IMG/VR virus record: IMGVR_UViG_3300046332_000238
Coordinates: 32,001 to 96,000 of that record
From: a virus
Strand: one strand, 5' to 3'
Length of the DNA: 64,000 nt
In this document: one piece after another, positions 47,929 through 58,697 of the stretch
How the letters are laid out: each line of letters begins with the position of its first letter
Position numbering within the stretch: the stretch's first letter is position 1
Translations under genes and position numbers: made by a program
Notes under the pieces: model-generated
What the model saw: only the letters and a program-made list of their open reading frames with translations
Database searches by the model: none
What the model was told of the DNA's origin: nothing

Positions 47929-48777
47929 ATGTCATTACCAAAACCAGACTTTGTGACAGCATGGACAGAACCAGTATCTGCTGCAAATACAGATTATCAA
48001 CCTGTATATCCATATAATAATGTCACACAAACTAAAGGTGGTCACTCATTTGAAATGGATGACACACCAACACGAGAACGCATTCGACTGCAACATGGTA
48101 AAGGAACGTTTCTTGAGATGCATCCTACAGGTGATGAAGTACACAAGATCATCGGCGACGGTTATCACATCACATTGGGTGACCACAATATTGCAATTGG
48201 TGTTGATGATGGCAATTTGGCAAAAAAATTAAACATTACTGTTTATGGTGACGCATATTTTTGGGTGCAAGGTAATAAAATTGAACAAGTTGATGGTAAT
48301 GTAGAACAACACGTTAAAGGCAATTACACACAAACTGTTGAAGGCATGATTACAACCACATCATTTGGCAATATGAAAATTAATGCCGGCGGTGCATTAT
48401 TGGGAAAATTAACAATTAATACAGCAAATGAAGTCAGACTCAATTCTGACCTAAATGTGAGTGGTGCATTACATGCAAAAGGAATTGTATCAGACAATCG
48501 AGTTGATGCTGGTTTAGGTATGAGTGCAGGTATAGCAGGATTTGTAACACAAACTGGTGGAGTTTCAGTTGGTATTCCTGTTGCAGTACCTGGTCAAATT
48601 GTTGCTGCAGGTTCAATCACTTCATTTACTAGTGTTAATGCTCCTTTAGGTAACTTTGGTATATCATCATCTATATTGGCATTTGACATTGTAAATCAAT
48701 TGTTGCGTAGAGTGCATATTCATGTGGCACCAGAAGGACCTACATCTCCACCAGTAACTAATGAAGTATCAGCTTAA
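47929..48777 (+). CDS. 5: gp5 C-terminal beta-helix/spike as a separate ORF
   Basis: YPYN.V..T..GH..E.DDTP..ERI...H..G; V.GN repeats; terminal HxH. Confidence 0.88.
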   Translation: MSLPKPDFVTAWTEPVSAANTDYQPVYPYNNVTQTKGGHSFEMDDTPTRERIRLQHGKGTFLEMHPTGDEVHKIIGDGYHITLGDHNIAIGVDDGNLAKKLNITVYGDAYFWVQGNKIEQVDGNVEQHVKGNYTQTVEGMITTTSFGNMKINAGGALLGKLTINTANEVRLNSDLNVSGALHAKGIVSDNRVDAGLGMSAGIAGFVTQTGGVSVGIPVAVPGQIVAAGSITSFTSVNAPLGNFGISSSILAFDIVNQLLRRVHIHVAPEGPTSPPVTNEVSA

Positions 48778-48785
48778 GGAATATT

Positions 48786-49616
48786 ATGAGTTCGAGTATA
48801 TACGCGAGATTAAATTACAGTTTTCCAGATCCATCAGCAAATACAGTAATACAAGCTTTGTCTCCTGAAGTATTGGTGCAGATGAATGCTACACCACAGT
48901 TCATGAACGCATGGCAACAAGAAGATGTTGCTACAGGCAATACATCTGGTTATTATGTTAATCCTATGACCACTGTGATTGCAAATATAAAATTGGCAGC
49001 AAATAATTTGTTGAGTAGTGGTCAAGCCACAGGCACGACAAATGCAATTACAACACTAATATCATCAGCATACACCGATGCACAAGACATTTTTGAAAAT
49101 ACTGCTGATGGATTTTTATATCATACAAATAGACTATCAAATGTAATTCCTGCGGATCAAAATATTACAGAGCCACATTTTGAAACAGCAATGGGTATTG
49201 GTAAAATGATGATGTATTTTACAAATCAATCCGATAATATACAAAATAACTCACCAATATTAGGCAGTTTTACCAGTCTGTTCATCGAAGATACTTTATC
49301 TGCCTATGCAAATACATCAAACACCCAATCAAATTTGTATGCCAATACTGTGACATTCATACCGATGGCTGGAACATATACATCCAACATCAGTCTGGCC
49401 AATGCACAGTCTTTGGCAAATGCGTATTACAACCTGAATATCACGATGAAAAACTTCAGAAATCAAGATAATGTGTTTTTTCAAAATTCATCTTTGGTTT
49501 TGAATGATTTCAACAAAGTTAACCAGTTCTCTACAATGGGTCAAACTGAATCAGATTTGATTCAAAATTACATTGGATCACCTAAATTGTTATCCAGATT
49601 AAATGCAAACACATAA
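48786..49616 (+). CDS. hypothetical virion-associated protein
   Basis: 276 aa in the baseplate operon. Confidence 0.75.
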   Translation: MSSSIYARLNYSFPDPSANTVIQALSPEVLVQMNATPQFMNAWQQEDVATGNTSGYYVNPMTTVIANIKLAANNLLSSGQATGTTNAITTLISSAYTDAQDIFENTADGFLYHTNRLSNVIPADQNITEPHFETAMGIGKMMMYFTNQSDNIQNNSPILGSFTSLFIEDTLSAYANTSNTQSNLYANTVTFIPMAGTYTSNISLANAQSLANAYYNLNITMKNFRNQDNVFFQNSSLVLNDFNKVNQFSTMGQTESDLIQNYIGSPKLLSRLNANT

Positions 49617-49704
49617 AATTCGAAAATTTACGCTCCGGCCCAAGAATTTTCTCCACGACTTTCAAAAGTCCAAAAAAGCGTTTTACTCCTACGATAAATA
49701 AACA

Positions 49705-50097
49705 ATGGCAAATGTAACCAAAATATACTCAGACATAGACTTCACCTTCATAAAAAAACCTGTGACGGCGGATGTTGCACTCAGTTATGATGCACAAGCT
49801 GTTATTCGGTCAATACGAAATCTAATATTGTCAAAACACTATGAGAGACTCTGGAATCCAGATTTAGGTTCAAATGTTGATGCTTTATTATTCGAGTTAA
49901 TAACACCTATGACAGCAAAGAACTTAGAAAGTGAAATTAAAGCAATCATCAATAACTATGAACCTAGAGCAACATTAAAAGAAATAACAGTGTCTCCGAT
50001 GCCAGACAAGAATGCATACAACATATTTTTAAGTTTCTTTTTAGAAAATGCAACATTACCAACAACAGTAACACTTCTTTTAGAGAGAAATAGATAA
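49705..50097 (+). CDS. 25: baseplate wedge gp25
   Basis: YSDID..F, A...SI.NL.....ER...P..GS and YEPR motifs; GATAAATA upstream. Confidence 0.93.
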   Translation: MANVTKIYSDIDFTFIKKPVTADVALSYDAQAVIRSIRNLILSKHYERLWNPDLGSNVDALLFELITPMTAKNLESEIKAIINNYEPRATLKEITVSPMPDKNAYNIFLSFFLENATLPTTVTLLLERNR

Positions 50098-50098
50098 A

Positions 50099-52180
50099 AT
50101 GGCTGGTGCTAATTCACAATTACAAATAACTGATCTTGATTTTAATACAATCAAGAAAAATCTAACTGACTTTTTAAAATCTCAAGACACTTTAAAGGAT
50201 TATAACTACGAAGGTTCTGCTTTGTCTGTATTGTTGGATGTTATGGCATACAATACACAATACAACGCCTTCTATTTGAACATGGTTGCTAATGAAATGT
50301 TCTTGGATAGTGCAATTCAAAGAAATTCGGTAGTATCTCAAGCAAAACTACTGAATTATACACCTAAATCCGCACTTGCACCAGAAGCCAAACTCAATTT
50401 AATAGTCAATCAAGTTGTTGATTCTTCATTAACGTTACCCAAATTCACCACATTCATGTCGGAAGCAATTGATGGTGTGAACTATAATTTTGTAACAACA
50501 GATGAGACAACGGTAAATGTTATCAATAATGTTGCAACGTTTAGTGATATCACAATTAAACAAGGAACACCAACATCTATAGCATACACTGTGGATTCTA
50601 TTTCGAATCCAAAATTTACATTTAAAATACCAAACACTAATGTCGATACAACTTCTTTGCAAGTTATTGTACAGACATCCACTCCCACTACACACGAAGA
50701 TGTATATGCACCTGCAACAGATTACCTGACTTTAGATAAAAATTCGTTAGTATATTTCTTACAAGAAGGATTAAACGGATTCTTTGAAATCTTTTTTGGT
50801 GATGACACTTTAGGTAAAAAATTAACTGATGGTGATGTAGTAAAGATTTCTTATATCTTAACCGAAGGTGTAGCTGCAGCTGGCGCAAACAATTTTGTAT
50901 TGATGAACTCTTTAAGTGGTTATTCGAATACTGCAATTTCACCTTTATCGGCTGCAACAGATGGATCAGCAAGAGAATCAATTTCTTCTATCAAATTCCA
51001 AGCACCTAAATCATATTCAGCACAGAACCGTGCGGTATCTAAAGAAGATTATATTACTGCGATTCAACAAAATAAATTAGGGTATGCATTTGATGCAGTC
51101 AGTGTATGGGGTGGCCAAGAGAATGATCCTCCTGTATATGGTCAAGTATTTGTTTCATTAAAACCTGCCGGTGCATTTGCGTTAACTGCAACGCAAAAAA
51201 CTAGACTATTGCAAGAAGTTATTCGTCCTATTTCGGTGCTGACTGTTGAACCAACTATTGTTGATCCTGATTACACATATGTACAAATTAATGCAAATGT
51301 GTTATATGATCCTAAAAAAACATCATTAACATCAGGACAAATACGAGAACAAGTTAAGGCAGCAATCAATAGTTACGCTTCTACATCATTAAATACATTC
51401 AATTCGACATTTCAATCAACAAGTTTTAGTGAAGCAATCAGTGCAGTAAGTCCTGCAATCATCACAAATGAACTATCGATTCAATTGCAGAAAAAGTTCT
51501 TCCCTAATCTATCAACACCAACAACATACAAGTTCTACTATGGTGCAGAGTTAAAAAAGGGTATGTTTCAAAGTGGCATCAACAGTTCACCTTCTGTTTC
51601 ATTCAGAGATCCTACAAACTTAACCAATACAATTGCAGGCATTTTTATTGAAGAAGTTCCATCATCGAGTGGTGGTGTTGAATCTATTTCAATATTAAAT
51701 CCGGGTTTTGGTTACCAGTCATCACCAACCGTAACCATCTTGGGTGACGGTACAGGTGCGACAGCACAAGCAACTATAAATGCTAACGGAACAATAAAAG
51801 AAATCACCATATTGACTCCTGGTACAGGATACACCAGTGCAATTGCAACAATCACACCTGCAACGAATGATACAACTGGACAATTAGGTGCAGTTATTGT
51901 CAACCTAGAAGGTCGTTATGGTACATTAAGAACTTTCTATAACAATACACAGAATGTCAAAACCATATTTAATCCAAACATTGGAACAGTTGATTATAAA
52001 ACAGGTTTGGTGACACTGAATTCGTTTGGACCACTTGATGTTGACAATCCATTAGGACAATTAACCTTGTCTGTTAATCCAATAACAACTATTGTTTCAT
52101 CATCTTTCAGTAGAATTATTACTGTTGATCCTTTTGACGCAAATGCTGTTGTTGTTAATGTTAGAGCAAAAACCGCATGA
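50099..52180 (+). CDS. 6: baseplate wedge gp6
   Basis: LDF..IK, DY.YEGS, NE.FLDSA..R, Q.RAV...DY and WGG..N.PP.YG motifs. Confidence 0.95.
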   Translation: MAGANSQLQITDLDFNTIKKNLTDFLKSQDTLKDYNYEGSALSVLLDVMAYNTQYNAFYLNMVANEMFLDSAIQRNSVVSQAKLLNYTPKSALAPEAKLNLIVNQVVDSSLTLPKFTTFMSEAIDGVNYNFVTTDETTVNVINNVATFSDITIKQGTPTSIAYTVDSISNPKFTFKIPNTNVDTTSLQVIVQTSTPTTHEDVYAPATDYLTLDKNSLVYFLQEGLNGFFEIFFGDDTLGKKLTDGDVVKISYILTEGVAAAGANNFVLMNSLSGYSNTAISPLSAATDGSARESISSIKFQAPKSYSAQNRAVSKEDYITAIQQNKLGYAFDAVSVWGGQENDPPVYGQVFVSLKPAGAFALTATQKTRLLQEVIRPISVLTVEPTIVDPDYTYVQINANVLYDPKKTSLTSGQIREQVKAAINSYASTSLNTFNSTFQSTSFSEAISAVSPAIITNELSIQLQKKFFPNLSTPTTYKFYYGAELKKGMFQSGINSSPSVSFRDPTNLTNTIAGIFIEEVPSSSGGVESISILNPGFGYQSSPTVTILGDGTGATAQATINANGTIKEITILTPGTGYTSAIATITPATNDTTGQLGAVIVNLEGRYGTLRTFYNNTQNVKTIFNPNIGTVDYKTGLVTLNSFGPLDVDNPLGQLTLSVNPITTIVSSSFSRIITVDPFDANAVVVNVRAKTA

Positions 52181-54963
52181 TAGTCAACGACCAATTAACT
52201 TCGTTATTAGTTCCTACTCAACTACCTGAGTTTATCAGGGACAATCCAGACTATGGTAATTTTGTCTTATTTCTAAAGGCATATTACGAATGGATGGAGA
52301 AGAATGGTCAGGTAACTGATAGATCAAAAAATCTTGTAAACTATAAAGACATTGATAGAACGACTGATGAATTCATTAGTTATTTTACCAATGACTTTTT
52401 ACCGAACTTTCCAAAAGACATTTTAATTGACGAAAGAGAAGCTGTCAAGTTTGCTAGACAATTATATAAGTCAAAAGGTACACCATCATCTTATAAGTTC
52501 CTATTCAGAATCTTATTTAATTCAGACTTTGATGTATTTTACACTAAAGATGCGGTCTTAAAGGCGTCTGCTGGTACATGGTATATTCCAAGAAGTTTGA
52601 AGTTGGCATCTAGTGATGATAATTTTTTAAACATCACAAATCTTCGTTTGTTTGGTGAAGAAACCAAATCAATTGCAACCGTTGAAACCTCAGTAAAATC
52701 AGGTACTAAAACTGAAGTATTCATTTCAGACATTGAACGTCTGTTTCAATCTGGAGAATTTGTTCGTGTCGTTGATAATAATAATCAAACAGTGTTGTTT
52801 GGTGGTCAACCACTACGAGCAAAGATTGTAGGTCAGATCAGTCAGATTAAAATTGATACAAACAATAGAGGATTATTATATGAAGTAGGTGATCCTGTTA
52901 TTGTTTACAATGGTTTAAACTCAAACACAAGTCCAAGTGCAATTGCAGAAGTTGGTTCGACAACAACAGGTTCAATTCAACGTATTAATGTGGTTGATGG
53001 TGCATTTGGTTACACACTGAGTTCAACAATCAACATCACTAATGCACCAGGCGCATCAGCTTCTGTTGGAACGTTAAATCCTAATCCAAATTCGACAGCA
53101 AATATTGCAATACCTACCGACACCATCACACTAAAAAGATTCATTGAAATTGGTAATGGTAACTACAATTTCTCCAATACCGTTGTTGCAAATGCAAATA
53201 CTACGCTTGCAGAAGCATTAACATTTGAAATATTCGATACTCATCCAATATCGTCAGTGATCGTCAATAATGGTGGCGGTGGTATTAGACAGATTCCACA
53301 AGTAATAGCACAATCAAACTTCACTAATGATGCACTTGGTACATCACTGATATCTTCATTGGGTATATTGTCACCTATACAAATTGCCAGTGGTGGCCAT
53401 GGTTATCAGGCAAATGACACCATCATTTTTACTGGCGGTAATGGTGTTGGTGCAAAAGCAAATGTCATAACAGTTGATGGTAATGGTGCAATCACTAATG
53501 TTGCATATGTATATGGACCAACAGTTCAGTATCCATTAGGTGGTTTGGGATACAAATCAATTAATTTACCAACACTAACCATAAATTCATCAAATGTACA
53601 GGCTGCAAATGCACAATTATATGTACCTGGCATATTAGGTGAAGGTGCAAGTTTCTCTGTTATTGTGGACCGTGCAGGTTCAATCACGACAATTAAGGTG
53701 ACAAGTGGTGGTGAGGATTATATTTCTGCACCAAATGTTTCATTGAAAATTCAAGACATTGTTGTTTCGAATGTATCAATATCAAATCTACCACGAAAAG
53801 GTGATCCGATATATCAAGGTGCAAACATTAATGTACAGACGTATATTGCAACAGTAAATTCAGTTTCGTTGTTGCAAGCAAACGAAGATCCTGCATTATC
53901 ATTGTATAACTTGCGTGTATTTAATTACACTTCTGTTCCAAACACCACATTGCAATTAAACATCGACAGACCACTTGATAATATTCACCTAACAATGGCG
54001 AATGTTGCGTTCTCGAATGTATATAATTCAAATGGTATAAGAACATATGGTGATGGTACCGCAAAGGCAAAGGCAAGTTTCTTAAATGGTTTGGTGATTG
54101 GCCAAGGACAATACTTAACATCACAAGGTCACCCAAGTTCATTTGATGTTCTACAAAATGATGTGTTTAATAATTTTACATACCAAATTACAGTAGAAAA
54201 AGAAATTGCAAAGTATAGAGAAACATTGTTGAACCTATTGCATCCTACGGGCATGAAAGTGTTGGGTAGATTTGCAATGAAAGCAAATAATAATTTTGTA
54301 TTTAATGGTGTCGAAGGTCTATCTCAAGGTCATCCACTATCATTCTATACAGGTTATCCTGGTTCTTCAATTTCTATGTACTCTGATTTTGTAAATAAGA
54401 GTAACAACATATTACACTTTGAAGAACTTGCTGGTGCTAATATTGCAGAATTTATTTTTGCAAATAGTACAATTGAAGTTGCACCAGTTAATGGTCCTAA
54501 GATTCGTTCAACAATTATCTCATTAGACTATGTAGCAAACACAGTTGTATTGACAGATAATAGTTGGTTAACTTTTGCAAATGTTGCATATGTACAAGCG
54601 AACTCTGGTTCGAACGTCATAAATATAGTATCAATGACAGATAGTTATGATATCGTCAATAACAAACAATACAGTAACACATCATATCCTTTAATGGACA
54701 TTGCGTTTGTTGGTGACAAAGTATTGATTGCAAACAATACAAGCAAAACTATTAAGAGTATAGATTACATTAATGGTGTTATCACATTAACATCCAATCT
54801 ATCCGCAAATGCCAACTCGTTAATGGCAGTCAATAGAACAGTATCAGCACAAACATCAGTTACAATTTATGGACCAGTTGGTTTACAATATGTTCCAGAA
54901 CTAATTACAGAAAACGGTTTCACGTTAATAACAGAAGATGGTCAAATCATCCTATTGGGGTAA
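52177..54963 (+). CDS. baseplate wedge gp7-like protein
   Basis: QLPEF, FL.AYYEW, Y..KGT..S and LLHP.G motifs; GG.GY repeats. Confidence 0.75.
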   Translation: MIVNDQLTSLLVPTQLPEFIRDNPDYGNFVLFLKAYYEWMEKNGQVTDRSKNLVNYKDIDRTTDEFISYFTNDFLPNFPKDILIDEREAVKFARQLYKSKGTPSSYKFLFRILFNSDFDVFYTKDAVLKASAGTWYIPRSLKLASSDDNFLNITNLRLFGEETKSIATVETSVKSGTKTEVFISDIERLFQSGEFVRVVDNNNQTVLFGGQPLRAKIVGQISQIKIDTNNRGLLYEVGDPVIVYNGLNSNTSPSAIAEVGSTTTGSIQRINVVDGAFGYTLSSTINITNAPGASASVGTLNPNPNSTANIAIPTDTITLKRFIEIGNGNYNFSNTVVANANTTLAEALTFEIFDTHPISSVIVNNGGGGIRQIPQVIAQSNFTNDALGTSLISSLGILSPIQIASGGHGYQANDTIIFTGGNGVGAKANVITVDGNGAITNVAYVYGPTVQYPLGGLGYKSINLPTLTINSSNVQAANAQLYVPGILGEGASFSVIVDRAGSITTIKVTSGGEDYISAPNVSLKIQDIVVSNVSISNLPRKGDPIYQGANINVQTYIATVNSVSLLQANEDPALSLYNLRVFNYTSVPNTTLQLNIDRPLDNIHLTMANVAFSNVYNSNGIRTYGDGTAKAKASFLNGLVIGQGQYLTSQGHPSSFDVLQNDVFNNFTYQITVEKEIAKYRETLLNLLHPTGMKVLGRFAMKANNNFVFNGVEGLSQGHPLSFYTGYPGSSISMYSDFVNKSNNILHFEELAGANIAEFIFANSTIEVAPVNGPKIRSTIISLDYVANTVVLTDNSWLTFANVAYVQANSGSNVINIVSMTDSYDIVNNKQYSNTSYPLMDIAFVGDKVLIANNTSKTIKSIDYINGVITLTSNLSANANSLMAVNRTVSAQTSVTIYGPVGLQYVPELITENGFTLITEDGQIILLG

Positions 54964-54966
54964 AGA

Positions 54967-57279
54967 ATGAGTACAGTAAAAATTTCCGAGTTAGCATCAT
55001 TAAACAACATAGGGTCTAATACATCAAATACATTAATTGTTGGTGTTGATTTGGCCACAGGTGTTACAGGTAAATTTACTGTAACCAAGTTATCAGAAAC
55101 GATTTATGCAAACAACACATTAAATGTGGGAAATAATGCAATTCTTTTCCCTGGTGTTATTGGACAATTTGCAAGTAATAATGAAAGTTATTTACAATTA
55201 AACATCCAAAATAAAAATGCCAATGGGTCAAGTGATATTGTTGCAACCGCAGATATTGGCACAGACGTTACACACTATATCGATTTTGGTATAAACGGGT
55301 CAGACTATAATTTTGGTGACACACAACCTTACAGACCGATGGATGGTTATCTAATCGTACAAGGTGGTGCAACAGGAACTGATCCTGGTGGTAATTTGAT
55401 GATTGGTACACTGACAGAGACTAAAGACATTGATTTTGTTCAGGGTGGTTTGGAGGACGGTAATGTAGTCGCATCATTCATCTACGGTTCAGGCCTTAAA
55501 CTAAGACAGAAACCATTAATCTTTGCTGATGGATCAACACAGAACACATCAACTGAAGCTGCAAGCATATATGCAAATTCAGCATTCGATCAAGCAAACT
55601 TAGCGTTATTGATTGCATCAACACCACAAGCAAATGCAAACTCAGCTGCATTGTATGCTAATGGTGCTTTCATTCAGGCAAACTCAGCATTCACTAAAGC
55701 AAACAACGCATTAGCAAACACAACAGGTACATTTGGTGGCGATTTAACCATTACAGGAAATGTTGTTGCAAAAGGACTATCAACATCAAATGGTTTAGTT
55801 TCTATCTATAATGCAATATTTCCCGCAGGGAATGCAGCATTAGAAATTGTTGGGTCAAATGGTGGCGCACAACAAACACCAGCAAACGATGGTTACATGT
55901 TGCACATCACAGGTAAAGATGCTGTACCAACAAGAGTCATCACTGATTCATTTGGCACAAACAACTATTCAGTATATTCTGGTCGTATGGCTAGAGGTAC
56001 TGCTGCATCACCATTAGCGACAGCAAACAATGATGTTATTGCGCGATATTCTTCTAGTTCATATGATGGTGTATCATTTTCAACTCTTGGTGTTGGTAGA
56101 GTAGACTTTGTTGCTACTGAAAATCATGCACCAACAACTAAAGGTACAGAGATGCAGATTTGGACCATCAATAATGGTTCAAACACATTGGTGAAAACTG
56201 CAACATTTAATGGTACAGTTGCAACATTTCCAAATGATATTCGCGCAAACAATGTTGTGTTAACTGGATCGTTAACTGCAAATTCATTGGCAGGACAAGT
56301 TTTCTTTGCCAATATTTCAATTGGTTCTTCTACTGCAAACACAGTTCAGTTTTATCCACTTGTTAATGCACCGACACAAATGTCTGGACAAATTTGGTAT
56401 TCTGCAAATGCAATATCATTAATTACAGATACTGATATTGCTGGTGATAGACCTCAAGTTGGTAAAGTGTTGTATGAAAGAGTGTTTAATTCTACAGGAT
56501 CAACGATTGTTGCAAACAGATGGGTGAGATTGAACGGTAACACAACACCAAATTCTGTTCCATATATTGCACTTGCTGATGCAACATCAGCTGCAAACTC
56601 GGTGGTGGGAGGTTTTGTTAAAAATGCAATTGCAAATGGTGCATATGGGTTTATATACACAAAAGGGATTGCAGATTTATTGGATATGTCTGCGTTTAAC
56701 AATGCCGATTTGTTATTCTTATCCGCAACACCAGGTCTTGCATCGAACGTTGCGCCAGTGGGTACATCACTTGCAACAATTCAAATTGCCAAAGTGTTAT
56801 CCAACAGTTCGACAGTTGGAAAATTGCAAATTGAAATTATACCAAGACCAGAATATGGCAAAGCAAACGGCGCAGTCACCTTTGCAAACAATAATATTTC
56901 TGTTACAAGTAATACAGTAATCATTAATGAAAATGCAGGAACATTATCTGTTACAAATGGTGTCATTAAAACACAACGCAGTTATGTTGGTGCTCAGACA
57001 GCAGTTACGATTAATTTTACAACAGATACTTTAGTAAGAGCAAATACTTCTGCTGGATTAACAGTAACTCCTGCAAACTTTTTAAGTGGTAAAGAAGTTT
57101 TATTAATCATCACAAATACTGCTGGTACAAACCAAACGATTGTGCATGGTGTATCTGCATTAAACTCATCAGTTGGTGCAACATCATTTGCATTACAAGC
57201 AACCAAATCTGCATTGTTGAGATATGTTTCTTTTGATGGTGACGTAGGAAATACTTACGTTTTTGCAACCTACGCATAA
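54967..57279 (+). CDS. putative tail fibre or structural protein
   Basis: KISEL N-terminus; AN.AF..AN coiled segment; G/N/T-rich. Confidence 0.7.
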   Translation: MSTVKISELASLNNIGSNTSNTLIVGVDLATGVTGKFTVTKLSETIYANNTLNVGNNAILFPGVIGQFASNNESYLQLNIQNKNANGSSDIVATADIGTDVTHYIDFGINGSDYNFGDTQPYRPMDGYLIVQGGATGTDPGGNLMIGTLTETKDIDFVQGGLEDGNVVASFIYGSGLKLRQKPLIFADGSTQNTSTEAASIYANSAFDQANLALLIASTPQANANSAALYANGAFIQANSAFTKANNALANTTGTFGGDLTITGNVVAKGLSTSNGLVSIYNAIFPAGNAALEIVGSNGGAQQTPANDGYMLHITGKDAVPTRVITDSFGTNNYSVYSGRMARGTAASPLATANNDVIARYSSSSYDGVSFSTLGVGRVDFVATENHAPTTKGTEMQIWTINNGSNTLVKTATFNGTVATFPNDIRANNVVLTGSLTANSLAGQVFFANISIGSSTANTVQFYPLVNAPTQMSGQIWYSANAISLITDTDIAGDRPQVGKVLYERVFNSTGSTIVANRWVRLNGNTTPNSVPYIALADATSAANSVVGGFVKNAIANGAYGFIYTKGIADLLDMSAFNNADLLFLSATPGLASNVAPVGTSLATIQIAKVLSNSSTVGKLQIEIIPRPEYGKANGAVTFANNNISVTSNTVIINENAGTLSVTNGVIKTQRSYVGAQTAVTINFTTDTLVRANTSAGLTVTPANFLSGKEVLLIITNTAGTNQTIVHGVSALNSSVGATSFALQATKSALLRYVSFDGDVGNTYVFATYA

Positions 57280-57289
57280 TAAATAAAAC

Positions 57290-58657
57290 ATGGCAAATCA
57301 AAATATACTTACGAACGGCGCAAAGGTTGCTCAGATAGAGCAGGTGTTCTTCTCACCTGTTGCTGTTGTTCCACCTTTTATTGATACACCAATATCCACA
57401 ACATATTGTTTCTTAGCAAAAGTTGATCCTTGGAGTGATGAGAATGATCCTCCTGAACCGACTCAAGATGTTGCATCAATCAAGAAAATATTTAAGAATA
57501 TGTTTGTTGCAAAACAAATACATTCAAATGATATTTCACCGGTCATTGCAAGAGTCGATTGGAATAACGGAACAATTTATGATTTTTATCGTGATGATAT
57601 TGATTTACTACTACAAGATGTGAATGGAAACAACGTCTATAATTATTATGTAAAAAATAAATTTGACCAAGTATTCAAATGTTTATGGAATAATAATGGT
57701 GGTGCATCACTCAACGAACCATTCTTTGAACCAGGTTCTTATGACACTAACAACATTTTTACTGGTCTTGATGGTTATAAGTGGAAATATATTTACACCA
57801 TTGACACTGGTTCAAAAGTTAAATTCATGGACTCCACTTGGATGCCAGTTCCAGTAGGTTCAAACACTCCAAATCCATTGATAACTTCTGCTGGTGCAGG
57901 AAGTCTCGATGTAATTAATGTATTGGATGGTGGTTTTAATTATGATACATCAAATGCAATCGTCACTGTAACGGTTACTGGTGATGGTACCGGTGCAACT
58001 GCTGTAGCAAATGTATCTGGTGGCCAAATTGCAGATATCATTGTTACATCACCGGGGTCAAATTATACATTTGCAAATGTTGCAATTACTTCCGAATTGG
58101 GCACAGGTGCAGTTGCTATTGCACCAACTTCACCTGTTGGTGGTCATGGTTTTGATCCTATTGGTGAATTGGGTTGTTCACATATTATGTTTACTGCTGA
58201 ATTTAATGGAACAGAAGGTGGTTTAATACCAACAGATATCGACTTTCACCAATTAGGTTTGATAATTAATCCAACCACACGTTCACTGACACCAAATCCA
58301 GCAAACGGTGCAATATACAGCACAACAACCGACTTTTTGGTAGCACCAGGTTTTGGTGCATATACAAATGATGAAGTGGTATTTCAAGGTGCGACAGTAG
58401 AAACCGCAACATTTACCGGTAAAGTTTTAAGTTTCAATGCAACAACCAATGTAATTAGAGTTCTAAATATAGTCGGAACACCAATACTCAATGCACCGGT
58501 TTTTGGTGACACATCAAGCACTACAAGAACATTGATGACTTTTACTCCACCAAACTTTACTATATTCTCAGGATATTTGTCCTTTGTAGAAAATAGATCA
58601 GGTGTGCAGAGAAGTCCAGATGGCATCGAACAATTTAAGTTTGTATTAGGTTACTAG
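57290..58657 (+). CDS. 8: baseplate wedge gp8
   Basis: R.DW..G, VFKCL.N, DGYKWKY.Y, P.GGHG and ENR....R..D..E.FK motifs. Confidence 0.93.
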   Translation: MANQNILTNGAKVAQIEQVFFSPVAVVPPFIDTPISTTYCFLAKVDPWSDENDPPEPTQDVASIKKIFKNMFVAKQIHSNDISPVIARVDWNNGTIYDFYRDDIDLLLQDVNGNNVYNYYVKNKFDQVFKCLWNNNGGASLNEPFFEPGSYDTNNIFTGLDGYKWKYIYTIDTGSKVKFMDSTWMPVPVGSNTPNPLITSAGAGSLDVINVLDGGFNYDTSNAIVTVTVTGDGTGATAVANVSGGQIADIIVTSPGSNYTFANVAITSELGTGAVAIAPTSPVGGHGFDPIGELGCSHIMFTAEFNGTEGGLIPTDIDFHQLGLIINPTTRSLTPNPANGAIYSTTTDFLVAPGFGAYTNDEVVFQGATVETATFTGKVLSFNATTNVIRVLNIVGTPILNAPVFGDTSSTTRTLMTFTPPNFTIFSGYLSFVENRSGVQRSPDGIEQFKFVLGY

Positions 58658-58668
58658 TTCATAAGTAT

Positions 58669-58694
58669 TATAAATACTCCTATAATAATAGGAG
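58669..58694 (+). promoter_or_regulatory. T4-type late promoter plus RBS-sequestering hairpin
   Basis: TATAAATA then CTCCTAT-AATA-ATAGGAG. Confidence 0.85.
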
Positions 58695-58697
58695 ATT

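Noticed and set aside
49617-49704. Intergenic segment before gp25 as an ncRNA
   Set aside because: Only weak stems and a single copy; nothing supportable beyond a late promoter motif.
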